DNA of 57,274 bases, counting the filler, from Sphacelaria rigidula (Eukaryota): assembly GCA_964200075.2 (NCBI GenBank). It is 5 parts of 5 records of this genome, joined end to end, with 100 filler letters (N's around TTAATTAATTAA, not from the genome) between each part and the next. Parts side by side here need not be neighbours in the genome. Positions count along the whole stretch, not along the records: positions 11,477 to 22,851 come from CAXNAA020005001.1; positions 22,952 to 34,326 come from CAXNAA020005002.1; 3 more parts are not named here. One strand, given 5' to 3'. Positions within the stretch are counted from its first letter, which is position 1; each line of letters begins with the position of its first letter. Of this stretch, positions 11,930 through 23,464 are shown piece after piece. Position numbers and translations under genes: made by a program. The notes beneath the pieces are model-generated. The model had not been told where the DNA came from and ran no database searches. It was given only the letters and a program-made list of their open reading frames with translations.

Positions 11930-12314
11930 CTTGCCGCTGATCTCCTTCAAAATCTGGAGGAAATCCTGCGTCTTATTCCAGGTTCCGATGGATGGCCGAC
12001 CGTCCGCACCTCCGCTCTCATCGCTTTCATCACCCTCAAACAATCCCTTGCCGCCGCGGCCATCGCCACCGCCGCCACGGCCATCGCCACCGCCGCCGCG
12101 GCCACCGCCACCGCCGCCGCCACCGCCACCGCCACCTCCGACACCCTTCATGCCCCGCCGCCAAGCACCCCTGCCTTTGCCACCCGCGCCATGCTTGGGC
12201 GGGGGCATAGCATCTCCGGAGCCCGCTCCTTTTTTGGTGGGGGTTTTGCCGCTGCCGGTCTTGAAGCCTCCTCCTCTCCGAAGATCCCTCTCCCAACTAA
12301 ACACGGCGGATACC
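11930..12314 (-). CDS. Exon of PB1-like/low-complexity gene (Gly-rich); gene runs off the contig
   Basis: ACCCCCAG| ... AAG|GTAATA; phase 2 matches the preceding exon; reads RVSAVFSWERDLRR...TQDFLQILKEISGK. Confidence 0.75.
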
Positions 12315-12632
12315 CTGGGGGTGCGTGCGGGGGAGGAGAGAGAAGAGCAGGTGCGTCAGGTCTTGAGCCTGCATTCTTACTCTTGATTTGCTCCAGCTAG
12401 CGTTGTTATTTACACTGTCGTACACCATCGCCACCGCTAACCGCAGAGGTACAAAGCATAGCCCTGCCATGCCGTACTTCGACGAGCAACGTTCACACGC
12501 ATCACAAACCACCTCCAACGGAGGCATATCCCACACACACATACATTCTAAGCAATATGTTAACTCATCATCTGCATAGTATCTACCGCGCTGACTCAGG
12601 ATCCCATACTGAATTCCCTCATCAAGACTCAC

Positions 12633-14452
12633 CTTGGGGTTTTGATCTCGGAGTCCTCTCCAACAACACCGTCGTCCGCTTTGGAGACAGGGCTGGGCTT
12701 GGGCCTACCACCAGCAGCCTTAGGCCTGGGACTCCTCACGCGCGGTTGAGAGTCAGCGCCGCCCTTTCCTGCTGCTTCCGCACGCTTCGGCGTAGTAGCA
12801 GATACTGGCGTGGCCGCCCCACCCCGCGGAGGTGCGGGCGCACCCGGCCTGGCGGGAAGATTTGGCTTCCTGTGTTTCTCACCCGCCGCCACCACCCCTG
12901 GCCTCGCAGGAAGTTTTGGTTTTGTTTTTAGCGGGGTGCATGAGGAGGGTGACGATGATGATGATGACGACGACGACGCAGCCTTTTGAGGCAGCTTAGA
13001 TGCAGCCGCTGCCGCCCCCATCACTCCAGTCGCCTTTTTTGGGTGCTTCGACCCACCCCCTGACGGCTTCGTATCACTTGTTGTTGATGTGGTGGGGGTG
13101 GTCGCGGTGGTTGGTTTTCGCATGGGCCGCGGCGATGTTGGCCGCGGCGAACCATGAGACGATTTCACCGCTGGGGGGGAGGGCAGCGGCCGCGACGAAC
13201 TGTCACTGCTCGATGCAGGAGGAGGTGCGGGTTTCTCATTCTCAGTGTTCAGCAAGGAGTTTTGGCCGATTGGCTGCGGCTGCGGCTGCTGTGGTACCTC
13301 TTTACGTGAAGGCAGCAGGGGGTTCTGGCCGCGTGGTCGCGATTGCGGCTGCTGTAACACTTCTTTACGCGCAGGCACCAAGGGGTTTGGACGGCGTGCT
13401 TGCGGCTGCGACTGCTGTGGGACCTCTTTGCGTGCAGACGCATCACGTCCAGCATCGGGAGCACCGCTACCACCACTACTGACCCCCGTCAATGAGCGTC
13501 GACTGCTCCCCTTGCCCCTTCCTGCGCCCCTAGCAGCGGCACTTCCACCTCTACCTCTTTTGTTCCTGGTGGTATCATCATCACCACGTCCTTGTCCTCG
13601 TCCTCTCCCTGCATCCCGTACGGACAAGTGTTTCCGTCTCGAGCTGCCACTGCTGTTCGTGCTCCCGCTGAAGATGCTGCTGTCGTCCACGCTATCTTGG
13701 GGCGTAATTGTACCGCTACCACCCCCCTCATCATCGCCACCACCGTCGTCTCGGCCTGCCGCACCGCTATCCGCGTTGTCAAGATCGGCCTCCAAGCTCT
13801 TTCGCTCCAAACTTTTCCTGCGGAACAGCTTGGATCTTCGGCCGGGGCCAGGGGTCGCCACCAACGGTTCTTCGGCGCACACACCGCCAGGAGCAAAGGC
13901 TGGGCCATCTTCGGCGGCGGTAGAGATGGCGGAGGTATTGTCTTGCCTCACTTGATCTGCCACCGACGATGCCGTCGGCGTGATCGAACCGCCGCGGTTC
14001 GCCGAACATAGATCCCACGACGACTCCCATCCAGAGTCCGCCGATCTTCGACTAGAGCCGCGTTCGCCGCCGCCAACGCCGTTACATTTTCCGCGTTCGC
14101 CGCTTACTTCATCACCGGGACTTCCTTCGCCGCCCCGGCGGCGGCAGATTGGTGAACGTGACGACGGCGGGGAGACTTTCGAGGTGGATCCGGAACTGGA
14201 CCCTGTGATTCTCCCGTTCCTTTTCACGTCGCCAGGGGAAGAGACTTTGGTGGGTGAGAAGTTCTCGCTGTCTTTTTTGTCAAAGTTGTTCTTGTTACTG
14301 TCTTCTGACGTTGGGGTTGCTCGGAGGATGGATGGTGTGCTACCGTTCGACAATCGGCGGTCGTTTTCGTCATTGAAGATCTCGTCACTGTCACTGTCGC
14401 TGTTGCTGTTGCTGTCGTCATCGCCGCTGCCGCCGCCGCCACCGCCGCCCGC
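12633..14452 (-). CDS. 1820-bp exon encoding ~606 aa of S/P/G/R-rich, probably disordered sequence
   Basis: Open frame with ATGTCCAG| acceptor and AAG|GTGAGT donor; GC-rich; contains a 3x21-aa repeat and PxLPARP motifs. Confidence 0.8.
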
Positions 14453-16498
14453 CTGGACATGAGAATATATCGGTATGGTTGAATGACAAAACAGATGGAT
14501 AACGGAGATGCGCCTGATACGAACGAATCAGTAATAATATAGAATACAAGAAGTGTAGAGTGTGCCTAGATGGCTGCTACTGGTGGGCGGGTACTATGAT
14601 CAGCTACTGAGGCGACGTACAATGGTTGAAAAAACCACGTGCGATCAACGTGCATGATGTGTGAGTTACGATGCGGCAGGACGTGAAAATAACAAAATAA
14701 CCTCGTGTTAGGAAGAAACACACCACACACTGCCCAACTTTTCAAAGATAGAATAATCTGACAACTAAGGTGACAACGAGACTTTGAGAGGCTCGATTGA
14801 CCGGCCTGAACAACAGTACACAACCGTCAACTAGCTTGCACCATTACACACGACTCAGGGGCGGTGACGCTTGAGGGTCATGTTCGTGTATTGCTGCTTC
14901 CAGTGCATCCAATCAAATTTAAGTTCACCGTGCGAGAGCAGGAGCTACATGTCCAACTCGTTGATGGGGCTTGTTCACCTTGAGGGCGGGAAGTGGGGTA
15001 ATATCTATCATCAACGGCCGTTTGATGGAAGCCAGCGGACTACGGAAGTGCCTCTTCGTACCTCGACATGGGAGTGCAAAGCGGGAATGAGACGGGTTGA
15101 TCTCTTGAGACAGCGGGTATCCCCTCAGGGGGGAATTCGGAGAGGGGTTAAAGGGAGAACAACCCCGTTTACACAGGATAAGGAGTAGGTACGATAATAG
15201 TGGAATGCACTATGATCCAAGTCACAGGCTCCTGGGGAAGGGGTGACGCCCCCCTCCCCCCCCCGAGCACAGAGCATTTGAACCCTCTCTGGATCTCAAA
15301 AGGGACAGCGAAATGACGAAATGACAGTACGACTGTACTGTACTACAATCAGCACAACATCACAGTTTTGTTCGGTACACGATGAGGTACAGATTACACA
15401 GCCAAGGGTGACGAGGAAGCCCAACCTCGATTTTATCGTACACAACGACGGCCATGCTTTTTAAAGCTGTGCCATCGGAAACACTGACAGCTTCCGGGAA
15501 AGGAGGTGTTCCAGTAGTTCGGGGCCTTGTGGATATACATTTTTTCATCTATACATGGAGTGAGATTTCGGTTCTCATCTCCTTGGGTGATAATCCTTTA
15601 TGCTCCGTCCCCTGAGTTACGCTGCACGAAAAGCACATGGGGTACATGTTGCTACTCCTTCAGTACAGTACGACGTTTGCAAAATGATTCCAACATATCC
15701 ATACAATACACGTACTTTTGTTTCCTGCTCATCGCGAGAAATATCAGGAGTGTTGTAAGATACGAAGGAATACGTGTTTGGCCGAAAGGTGTGCAGCAGC
15801 CTTTTCCCGATGTATCTATCCCAGTTGCGCGTGCTGACCTCGTTGTAGATGCATGTCACAAACACAGCTGGCGCAGTCACCGATGCTGTTTTGACTGTCC
15901 TGAGACAGCAATACTGTTACCCGCGGCTCTTGAACGGGTAGTTACGACGTGCGATCTATGCGTGATAACGGCCTTTTGTATGGAGGCGTCGTCGCTATAC
16001 AAAAAACAACTATTCCGATCTCCGCTTCAAAGCCTACCTGTTGTTTAGCGTGCGACCATGGTCCGGGGTGTTATGTTCTCTCTGGAATTTTACCGCAACT
16101 CTGATAACCGTACCGTTCTGAGGAAAACTGAAAAAAAAACATCCTGTCGTCGATAGTTAAGTGCAAAAAGCGTAATTGCCACGCCTTGGCTTGTGTAGTA
16201 TATCGTTTCAGCAATTACCGCGCCCTTTAATGTTCAATAACTATCGAACATACTATTTTTTTCCTCCTCGAAATAGTACCGACACCCTGTACTTGTTGAT
16301 CGATTCATGTCCGAACCACAGACTCTAATCCGTTTTCCTCGTCATTTCTGGTTCAAGTCTAGGGCGAAGTCACCAGTGAATATGGACTACAGTGCAGCTA
16401 GCGGCGCGGTGGGGATTTGCCGTCGCAAACGCCATATTGTATCGCGTGTACTTTTGAGAATAGATCCTCCGAGGATTCGCGCAAAAAATGCTCAACGA

Positions 16499-16778
16499 GT
16501 GTTGCCATCCCATCTATCCTGGACAGCAGCCTACACCTTTCGATATACTCGGGGACATCAGCCGGGGTCGCACAGGACGAAGGCCACGTCAGCAGTTTGA
16601 TTTTTTTCAGTTCGTTTAACTTCTTGACCTTCCTTCTGCGGTGCTTGCCTTATTTTTCATCACCAGAGGGTTCACGATCCCTTTCCCTCGTTGATCCTGA
16701 CGTCGACTTTTGTGTACCCACGGCACAGTCGCTGTCCACAGTTGTGCATGGTGCGATAAAAAAATCCCAGATCGTGTG
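16499..16778 (-). mobile_element. tRNA-derived SINE body
   Basis: Reverse-complement match to 11477-11752, stopping at CACACGATCTGGGATTTTT next to where the head would be. Confidence 0.8.
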
Positions 16779-17047
16779 GGCATGACCATGAGGCCGTGTC
16801 TCATCAACTTTTCATCGACTTGAACGAGTTCGTGTAGCGGAATCGATTCAGTTCGCTTTGCCGTGTTGGGGTCCAAGCGGATTTTCGCGCTTCGGATCTA
16901 AAAAGCTGAGCGGGATTCGCGAAGTAGTATTAGTTTACATGTATCTATATAGACAGTACAGACAGTATAGTAGTGCTGCCTGTAATGTCTGCATCTTGTG
17001 TGTGTTTCGTACAGCATGAGGGCGCGATGTGGAAAAGAAGCGGGCAC

Positions 17048-17128
17048 CGTGGCCGTGAGATAGCTAATCTTCCTGCACTCTAGAGCATCGTAGTTGGCCT
17101 CCATCTCTGCTTTGTTCATCCTTTGTTC
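17048..17128 (-). CDS. Candidate small exon of the PB1-like gene
   Basis: CCAG|EQRMNKAEMEANYDALECRKISYLTAT|GTGCCC; 81 bp; weak donor. Confidence 0.4.
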
Positions 17129-17794
17129 CTGGTAGTTTCTTTTTTTTTTTTGTCTGTTTTTGTTTCGTCTGTGCTTCCTCCCCCCCGCCGTCGGAACGAG
17201 CCTGGCTCTTTCTTCTTGTCTATTGTTTTCCTTTTTTTAGGTTCTACTATTTTTTTTCTTCTTTTTTTCTTTAATTTTTTTCATGATTCTCCTTCTTGTT
17301 TCTGATCACGAGCTGGAGTGTTGCAGTCAGCTACGTAATGCGCGATCATCATCTTTTTTTGTTGTTCGTGCTTGTGTTTGTCGTTATTTTTGTTGTTGTT
17401 AGCGCTGCCCCCTTTTTTTCCTTCCTGAGGCCGTTGCTTCTGTCGTTTCCTATTCCTTTCTTATTTATTTTTTATTATTCTGTTTTATTTTTTGTTGCTC
17501 CTGACCACGGGCTGGATTGTTGCAATCAGCTAGTGTGAGATAATCAGTCAATCGATCACTCTTTGCACACAGGAGGATATGAAAAATATGCGAACCATGT
17601 GCAGTTTTGCACTGCCTCTGCTGTCCATGAGCGTGTACGCAACTTTGTAGCCCACCCCAACACGCAAGTCTGTCTGTGGAAATCAACACAAAATCAAATG
17701 CCCAAGTTTTCGTCAACAAAAAAAATGAAAGTGTCATGCCAAGAGGGTGGTGGTGTCGTTTCCCTATCACTGAAGGGTTGAGTTGGTACTATAC

Positions 17795-17856
17795 CTGCGA
17801 ATGAACCATCTGGGCTTTGCATAGTTCTGTGAAAGGGTGCCAAATAGCATGGATGT
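17795..17856 (-). CDS. Candidate small exon of the PB1-like gene
   Basis: TCTTGCAG| ... CAG|GTATAG; 62 bp; reading frame ambiguous. Confidence 0.4.
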
Positions 17857-18096
17857 CTGCAAGATGGGAGTCATGTGCCCCTTTGTTCGTTTCCGACGCT
17901 TGTTTTCATCCGAAAAAAAGCTAAGCTTCTCTGTTTTTCACCCTGCCCGTCGCGCGCATATAATTGTAAAATGGACTTGAAGTCATCTGAAAACGTAACT
18001 GCCGTGGAGGTATCAGATACGACCTAATTACTAATTACGACCATTTCGATTCGACCGCGTGTTTTTGAGTCCCTTTTTTTTTACAAGACACGGCCT

Positions 18097-18164
18097 GATT
18101 CGAACCCATGACCCAACTTTCAGAAGGTTTCGAGATTACCAGCTGAGCCACCGGGGCGACCGGC
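18097..18164 (-). mobile_element. Isolated tRNA-like SINE head (Pol III A/B boxes)
   Basis: Minus strand GCCCCGGTGGCTCAGCTGG (A box) ... GGTTCGAATC (B box); same head as 24720-24807; no acceptor stem, so not a tRNA. Confidence 0.75.
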
Positions 18165-18384
18165 CCTCAGTATGGTCGGTATATTGTAGTCCAGGACGGT
18201 GAGTTCATGAAGCGCTATTAATATTCAATACTGCATTCACGAGCACGGTGTGCCGCACAGCGAAGCAGCGAACGGTAGAGCCACGGCGCCCCTGTCACAG
18301 GTGAACCGTTCAGGGGCCCAGCCGTGCTGTTATCCGCTGTTCATGATGGAGCCCGTAGCCGTATATGCAGTGCCGTGTGCGTAC

Positions 18385-18498
18385 CTGAAGATAACCGCCT
18401 GAAATTCGATGCAAACGAAGATGAGCTGCTACTTCATCGTATGTGCAGTAGAGTACAAATTGAACAGCACTTCCAACAGATACCACTCTGTATAGACC
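18385..18498 (-). CDS. Candidate exon of the PB1-like gene with a frame conflict
   Basis: TTCTTCAG| ... CAG|GTACGC; in the incoming phase it reads RVYTEWYLLEVLFNLYSTAHTMK-TAG. Confidence 0.4.
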
Positions 18499-18583
18499 CT
18501 GAAGAACAGGATACGCGACAACTACATGCTATAAATTTACATCCCTTTCCGTGTGTCCGCTGTGGGTGTCTTGTCACTCATAC

Positions 18584-18858
18584 CTGTATCTATCCCAGCT
18601 CTGTTCAAGTATCCGTCTCTTTCTCACCTCCACCACGGCCAACAGGCAGACCTTCGTCATGGGCAGGAACAGCTCACGGTTGAACGTGCTTTCGTCGAGT
18701 GATACCAACGGTTGTGTCTTCGGCGAATCGCGATAGCTCAGCTTCTTCAGAGGGACCAACGGGTCTCCTGGGGAAGACTGGAGGGAAAACTGTAGGGTAG
18801 CCATCAAGCCTGGCAGATCCGTGTCGTAATTGACCAGTGTTATCTTCCGGCACACCTC
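18584..18858 (-). CDS. Exon 3 of the PB1/ubiquitin-like-domain gene
   Basis: AAGCAG| ... CAG|GTATGA; reads EVCRKITLVNYDTDLPGLMATLQFSL...KKLSYRDSPKTQPLVSLDESTFNRELF; in phase with exon 2. Confidence 0.75.
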
Positions 18859-19424
18859 CTGCTTGACGGTCACGAGAAAGCATGCAACGTGGGACAGCAC
18901 AACTGTCGACTCAGTCAAGAGACGGATCATTTGTATGACACGTACTACTGTGCTGTACCCTACCGTACACTACCGCGGCGTGGACCGCAGAAGGCGCGTA
19001 GAAGTTGACCTGCGGACGCGGGCGTCGGAATGTTGCGGTTCGCCCTCTGTTCATGTGTAACTTGAAACCGTATAACCGTATGTTTCGTACTCCGTACGAG
19101 TACCTGTTTGTAGAGCAGTTTGGCACGTATTTCTAGTAGAACAGCTCTACGGGTAATACGATAGTGCTACCATGATGCTGCTTCTTCTGTACGGTTCACC
19201 AGATATAGATTATCCGGTATCCCGATAATAGGGGGGGCCTACCGTGTTGCCCATGACATGCGTGCTGGCGGACCACAGAGAAGAGGATATAACAGCATAA
19301 TAATATTCTCTCCTGGGAGGCGGTATTTCTAGAGAGCAAACAATGCGCCAAAACTTGAAGCCTAGACCAACCGCACTAGAATACCGTACACCACCAACTG
19401 AGATATAGGATAACGAAAACCCAC

Positions 19425-19527
19425 CTTGCCATCCGAGCGCTTGACAATCAGCTTGGTTTTTCGGTTGTACCCTGTCAGGGAGCCGCGAGTGCTGCTAGAC
19501 GCTGTCGAGCCTGAGCCGCCGCGCCGT
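19425..19527 (-). CDS. Exon 2 of the PB1-like gene
   Basis: ACACAG| ... AAG|GTGGGT; phase 2 in, 0 out; reads RRGGSGSTASSS...TKLIVKRSDGK. Confidence 0.7.
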
Positions 19528-20283
19528 CTGTGTCCCGGAAACATACCAAAATTTGTCTAGAGCTTCAAACGGTGCCGTGCGGTGTCTAAAGTAGCGCGTT
19601 TATCCTCACGCGGTGTATACTGTATGATATCTATAACGAGGAGGTACAGCAGCTTGAGACAACTACTACGTGGCCCCGGTACTCGCTACGTTAGATACTC
19701 CCTCTACTACGGGACCTACTGTAGCTTACTATCGATATTGAGATTGTGCTCTCTGTCCTGTCTCTTGACCAAGATAAATGATCAACGGGCCGTAAGGCAT
19801 GACTATTATTCGATTGAATTAAGTGTCAATATGTGGGGGTTTACCGGGAGCGAAAAAACACTGCTACTGTATTGTCAATCTACTAAGCTCTCTATTCATC
19901 GCTACTGCCATGCGGACAGCTTTTACTCGCGCACGATTCGTACGTAGTGTTTAATCGTCTTCGTAAAATATAAGGTATGCGTATTTGTTCTTCGCGGGGC
20001 ACTCACAATGACCGCGGGCTCATCAGATTTTAGTCTGATGTGATGGCGAGCGAATAAATCTCCATTTCCCATAAGTTTCGCACACTCCTGAAAAACACTT
20101 CCTGCCTTCTTTTGTGAATGCCACAAAAGACACCTCAAATAGCATTGCGTAATATCATTGTACTGTTAGCGTACACGGGTAGACTCGACGGAGCTAGGTA
20201 GAATCCCTCCTGTTCTGTTGTATTTTACGGGGCGCTACTGCTATAGGACCAAGGGCTGGAGAAAAAAGCGGGTGAACTGATAC

Positions 20284-20429
20284 TTTGCGCGGACAGAGCC
20301 GATGGCAACCTCAAGCACTTCTCTCTTGAGCAACGGTGCAGCTGCTTCAGCGGCAGTGATAGACGAAGAAAGCAATGCCCTGCTAGAGGAGGAGCCCATG
20401 CCGTCGCATGGAACTGGTATCGGGCTCAT
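20284..20429 (-). CDS. Probable first coding exon of the PB1-like gene
   Basis: GCAAAC-ATG start; reads MSPIPVPCDG...IGSVRAK; AA|GTATCA donor in phase 2 matches exon 2. Confidence 0.65.
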
Positions 20430-21567
20430 GTTTGCGTCGTCGAAGCTCCTCGCAAGGGCAAGCCGTAATCGAAGGTGCGAAATGCATTTATGCGTACGAG
20501 TTGTGAGAAGGAAAAATATTTCATCTCGTGGGACTGCGAAGATTTTCTTTCCGGTGGTATCAGAATGGCGACACGAAGTATGATGATGAAGGTTTGACTC
20601 GAAGACCAGATATAAGACATGCTTCTTTCCTTTATCACTGACAGGGGGCGCGGGAGGAGTGGAGCAGGTGACAGATTATCGACACCAGAGGCTTTATGTG
20701 CTGCATGTTTTTTTTTGTTCTCCAGGCGTGCATGCCAGCACAATGGTTGCTTACCGACGGTTGCTTGCCGAAGGTCTCACGTTCTCGTTCGCCATTGCAA
20801 CAACTCCAGTTGTACTAACAAAACTTACAGAACATTGGCATTGACCTGTGACAGCATGTACTTGTAGACAGCACTACTGTAATAGTGCCGCCAGTTTCTA
20901 CGGCCCATCCAACCGCACTCCAGCAGGTTATTGCATTCGTACCGTGGCGCCTCTTCCAGCAAAACACAGCGAGAGTGCCAGCAGCGTGATTATCGTTACA
21001 CTGCATGTCCCACGTATACGTACCCAGCGAGGACAAGAGAAGGACAGGGTGGAGCTTGTAAGCTCGCAAGTTTTTTCAGCCGTCCAGTCGGTTTTTTGTG
21101 CAGTGAAACTTATTTTTGATTGATTATTTGATAGATCGACACACTACCCGTAGAGAGGTGTTGTAAGTTTCTCCTCGACACGAATCGAATGTACGTCGCA
21201 TCCCGTGATGTTTCGGGTCCTGTTCGGGATTGCCGCCGAACAGCTCCGCTATTAATACGGTACGTTTGATGTAGTTGTGAAATCAAATCTAGCGCGAACT
21301 GATGGCAGCACAGCACGTACATGCAGATTTACTGCAACCGCCGCGATGCCGCAAGAGCAGTAGCAGTTGATGAGGGATTTTTATTTTCCCGGTAACCCTA
21401 CAGCTAGGGTATACGGAACACACAACGATACTCAGCACCCCTTTTTGACAGAATCCTTCTCCTACGGGGCGTCCTTGACGTGGACTTGGGCCCTTCTTTA
21501 GTGGAGTTGTCTATATAATCCATGTTTCATATCCCGCACAGACATCGAAACGGTTTTTAATGTGAGG

Positions 21568-21596
21568 ACAACAACAACAACAACAACAACAACAAC
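21568..21596. repeat. (ACA)n microsatellite
   Basis: About ten perfect ACA units. Confidence 0.95.
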
Positions 21597-22519
21597 GTAC
21601 TTAGATAAGGTGCGAAGCAGAACCTGCCTTCGAGCTTTCTATTATAGTTTAAATCATACATTCTGGAATGTTCTCTCCATCTTCGACCTGAAGTAAAAAA
21701 GACTTGAGCTGCCATCAGGTCGAATGGCCACCGGAGCTGGATCAGGCACAGCAGGGAGCTTTCCGCCTCGTCACTTTTTTGTTTATCCGTGCCATAAGGC
21801 CAGGTTCTAGGTTTACCCTGTAGCAATAGTGGAGTACGAACAGGAAAGGGTTTCAAAACTTTCCGTCTTAGGGCGGAACAACTTTACAACTGGTGACTCA
21901 TTTCGGTGATGCTCGCCTAACCATCTGCTCTCAATCCGAGCGCACTGCTTTCCCATCCAACTACGAGTAAGGTTATGTGTGAATGGTAGTTGGTATGTAT
22001 CGTGGGTGTCCTGCACGCGATGCTGCATGCCCGGACGTGTCAGATTTCGCACAACCGCACAGTACAACAAGTACAGACAGTTTCGCGCGAAAAAAAATAT
22101 ATATATATATATATATTTCGGAACAGAAAATGATCTCCTTTCATCCCCTCGCGCCCTGCTGCAACGCTCAACCCCAGCTCTGGACGCATGAACTTGTTGA
22201 TTGTGGTCTACGGGAGATATTAGCGAAGTTTCAGCACATAGTAGAGACGACAGCGCGCGCACGACCGTGCCTCCTGACCTGAGCATGTCTACAACAGTCG
22301 ATACCGAAGTGGCTTTTCAACAGATTGTCATCATCCAGAGGCGGCGCCAAAAATCTATGTTGTTTTCTAGCATCGCAGCCTCCCAGGTTGTCATGATGCA
22401 GGAGGGAGTGCGCTACCATGTCCACATATGCATTCACTCATGGTGCACAGAATCTCGGCCACGAGATGGCCGTTTCTAGGGCATACAGACGTTATTTCCC
22501 ATAATCGGATTTCGCTCAA

Positions 22520-22611
22520 CCCTTAGACCGCGAGGTGTGTTGAATCGGCATCAATTTCAAGTGAAAAAAAAGTATACATGGTCCAGAGAGATTAATCTCG
22601 CGGTCTAAGGG
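22520..22611. mobile_element. 92-bp piggyBac-type MITE
   Basis: Perfect 15-bp TIR CCCTTAGACCGCGAG / CTCGCGGTCTAAGGG; flanks TCAA and TTAA. Confidence 0.8.
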
Positions 22612-22851
22612 TTAACCCTTTTGGGACTGGGCCTCCAGAACGACCAACGAGGCTGGTTAGGAATGACGTGTCCTGCGTATACATGAAACAGTGGCTTCAT
22701 GTTCCTAAAAATCAACAAATGTATGTAACGGCAGGCTTGGAGGAAGGCCGAAAGTTTCATCCAACCTCTTTTTAGGTACAAACTGTCTGTACTATAATTC
22801 GGGTGTCGTGCGCATCAGGCAATGTACAGATGTATCAAGCAGTATCAGTCG

Positions 22852-22951
22852 NNNNNNNNNNNNNNNNNNNNNNNNNNNNNNNNNNNNNNNNNNNNTTAAT
22901 TAATTAANNNNNNNNNNNNNNNNNNNNNNNNNNNNNNNNNNNNNNNNNNNN
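22852..22951. other. Artificial 100-bp contig spacer
   Basis: N44-TTAATTAATTAA-N44. Confidence 0.99.
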
Positions 22952-23207
22952 TGGTGGGGGGGGGGGGGGTGGGGGGGGGGGGTGGGTGGGGGGGTCCGAT
23001 TCTACTAAAAAATGTGCTGATAGACGCGTCAAACGATCTCAAACACTCGCGGTGCGCTTATATTTGGGTACAAGCGGTGTAAAGCAGTAGGAATGAGCGT
23101 TATTTATTGGGAGCCAGCGCTTTCGAACAGCTGTTGCCTGCTTTCAACGCGATTAACGTGGAATTTCGTGGAAAAAACGGCCAAAAATACCCCCCCCCCC
23201 CTATCGT

Positions 23208-23338
23208 TTTGCTCCGTCTCGAAAGGGATGCGTGGTCAATGGTCAAACGACTAAGGCAAGCAACAGATGAGTACGCCCCCCTATCGTAGCGAGGTCAACG
23301 GTCTTATGACTATGGCATGCATGATCATGAGTACACCC
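23208..23338 (+). mobile_element. Two stacked 5'-truncated oligo(C)-tailed retroposon ends (type A 23208-23281, type B 23291-23338)
   Basis: Layout C12-TATCGT-[A]-C6-TATCGTAGC-[B]-C3-TATCGTAGC. Confidence 0.8.
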
Positions 23339-23464
23339 TATCGTAGCTTGACTCGAGGACAGATATCTTAGCAAAAAGAAAACAGTGGTTGTATTCGTAT
23401 GTCTGGAGTGGTATACTCCAAGACTGAGACATTTCCACGGCTATCTTCGCCAGCAATACTCCTA

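Noticed and set aside
12240-12285. GGFKTGSGKT as a Walker A motif
   Set aside because: It does not fit GxxxxGK[ST] spacing, has no preceding hydrophobic strand, and lies in low-complexity sequence.
11676-12386. Plus-strand proline-rich (formin/extensin-like) ORF and other plus-strand ORFs at 13000-14462
   Set aside because: They are antisense shadows of GC-rich minus-strand exons that have phase-consistent splice sites.
18097-18164. tRNA gene
   Set aside because: A and B boxes are present but no acceptor stem or cloverleaf; it matches the SINE head.
6000-20429. One giant gene joining ...EISGK (11930) to VVLSTE (11130) in phase 0
   Set aside because: The join crosses an artificial spacer between size-sorted contigs, and the product would lack Walker A/B.
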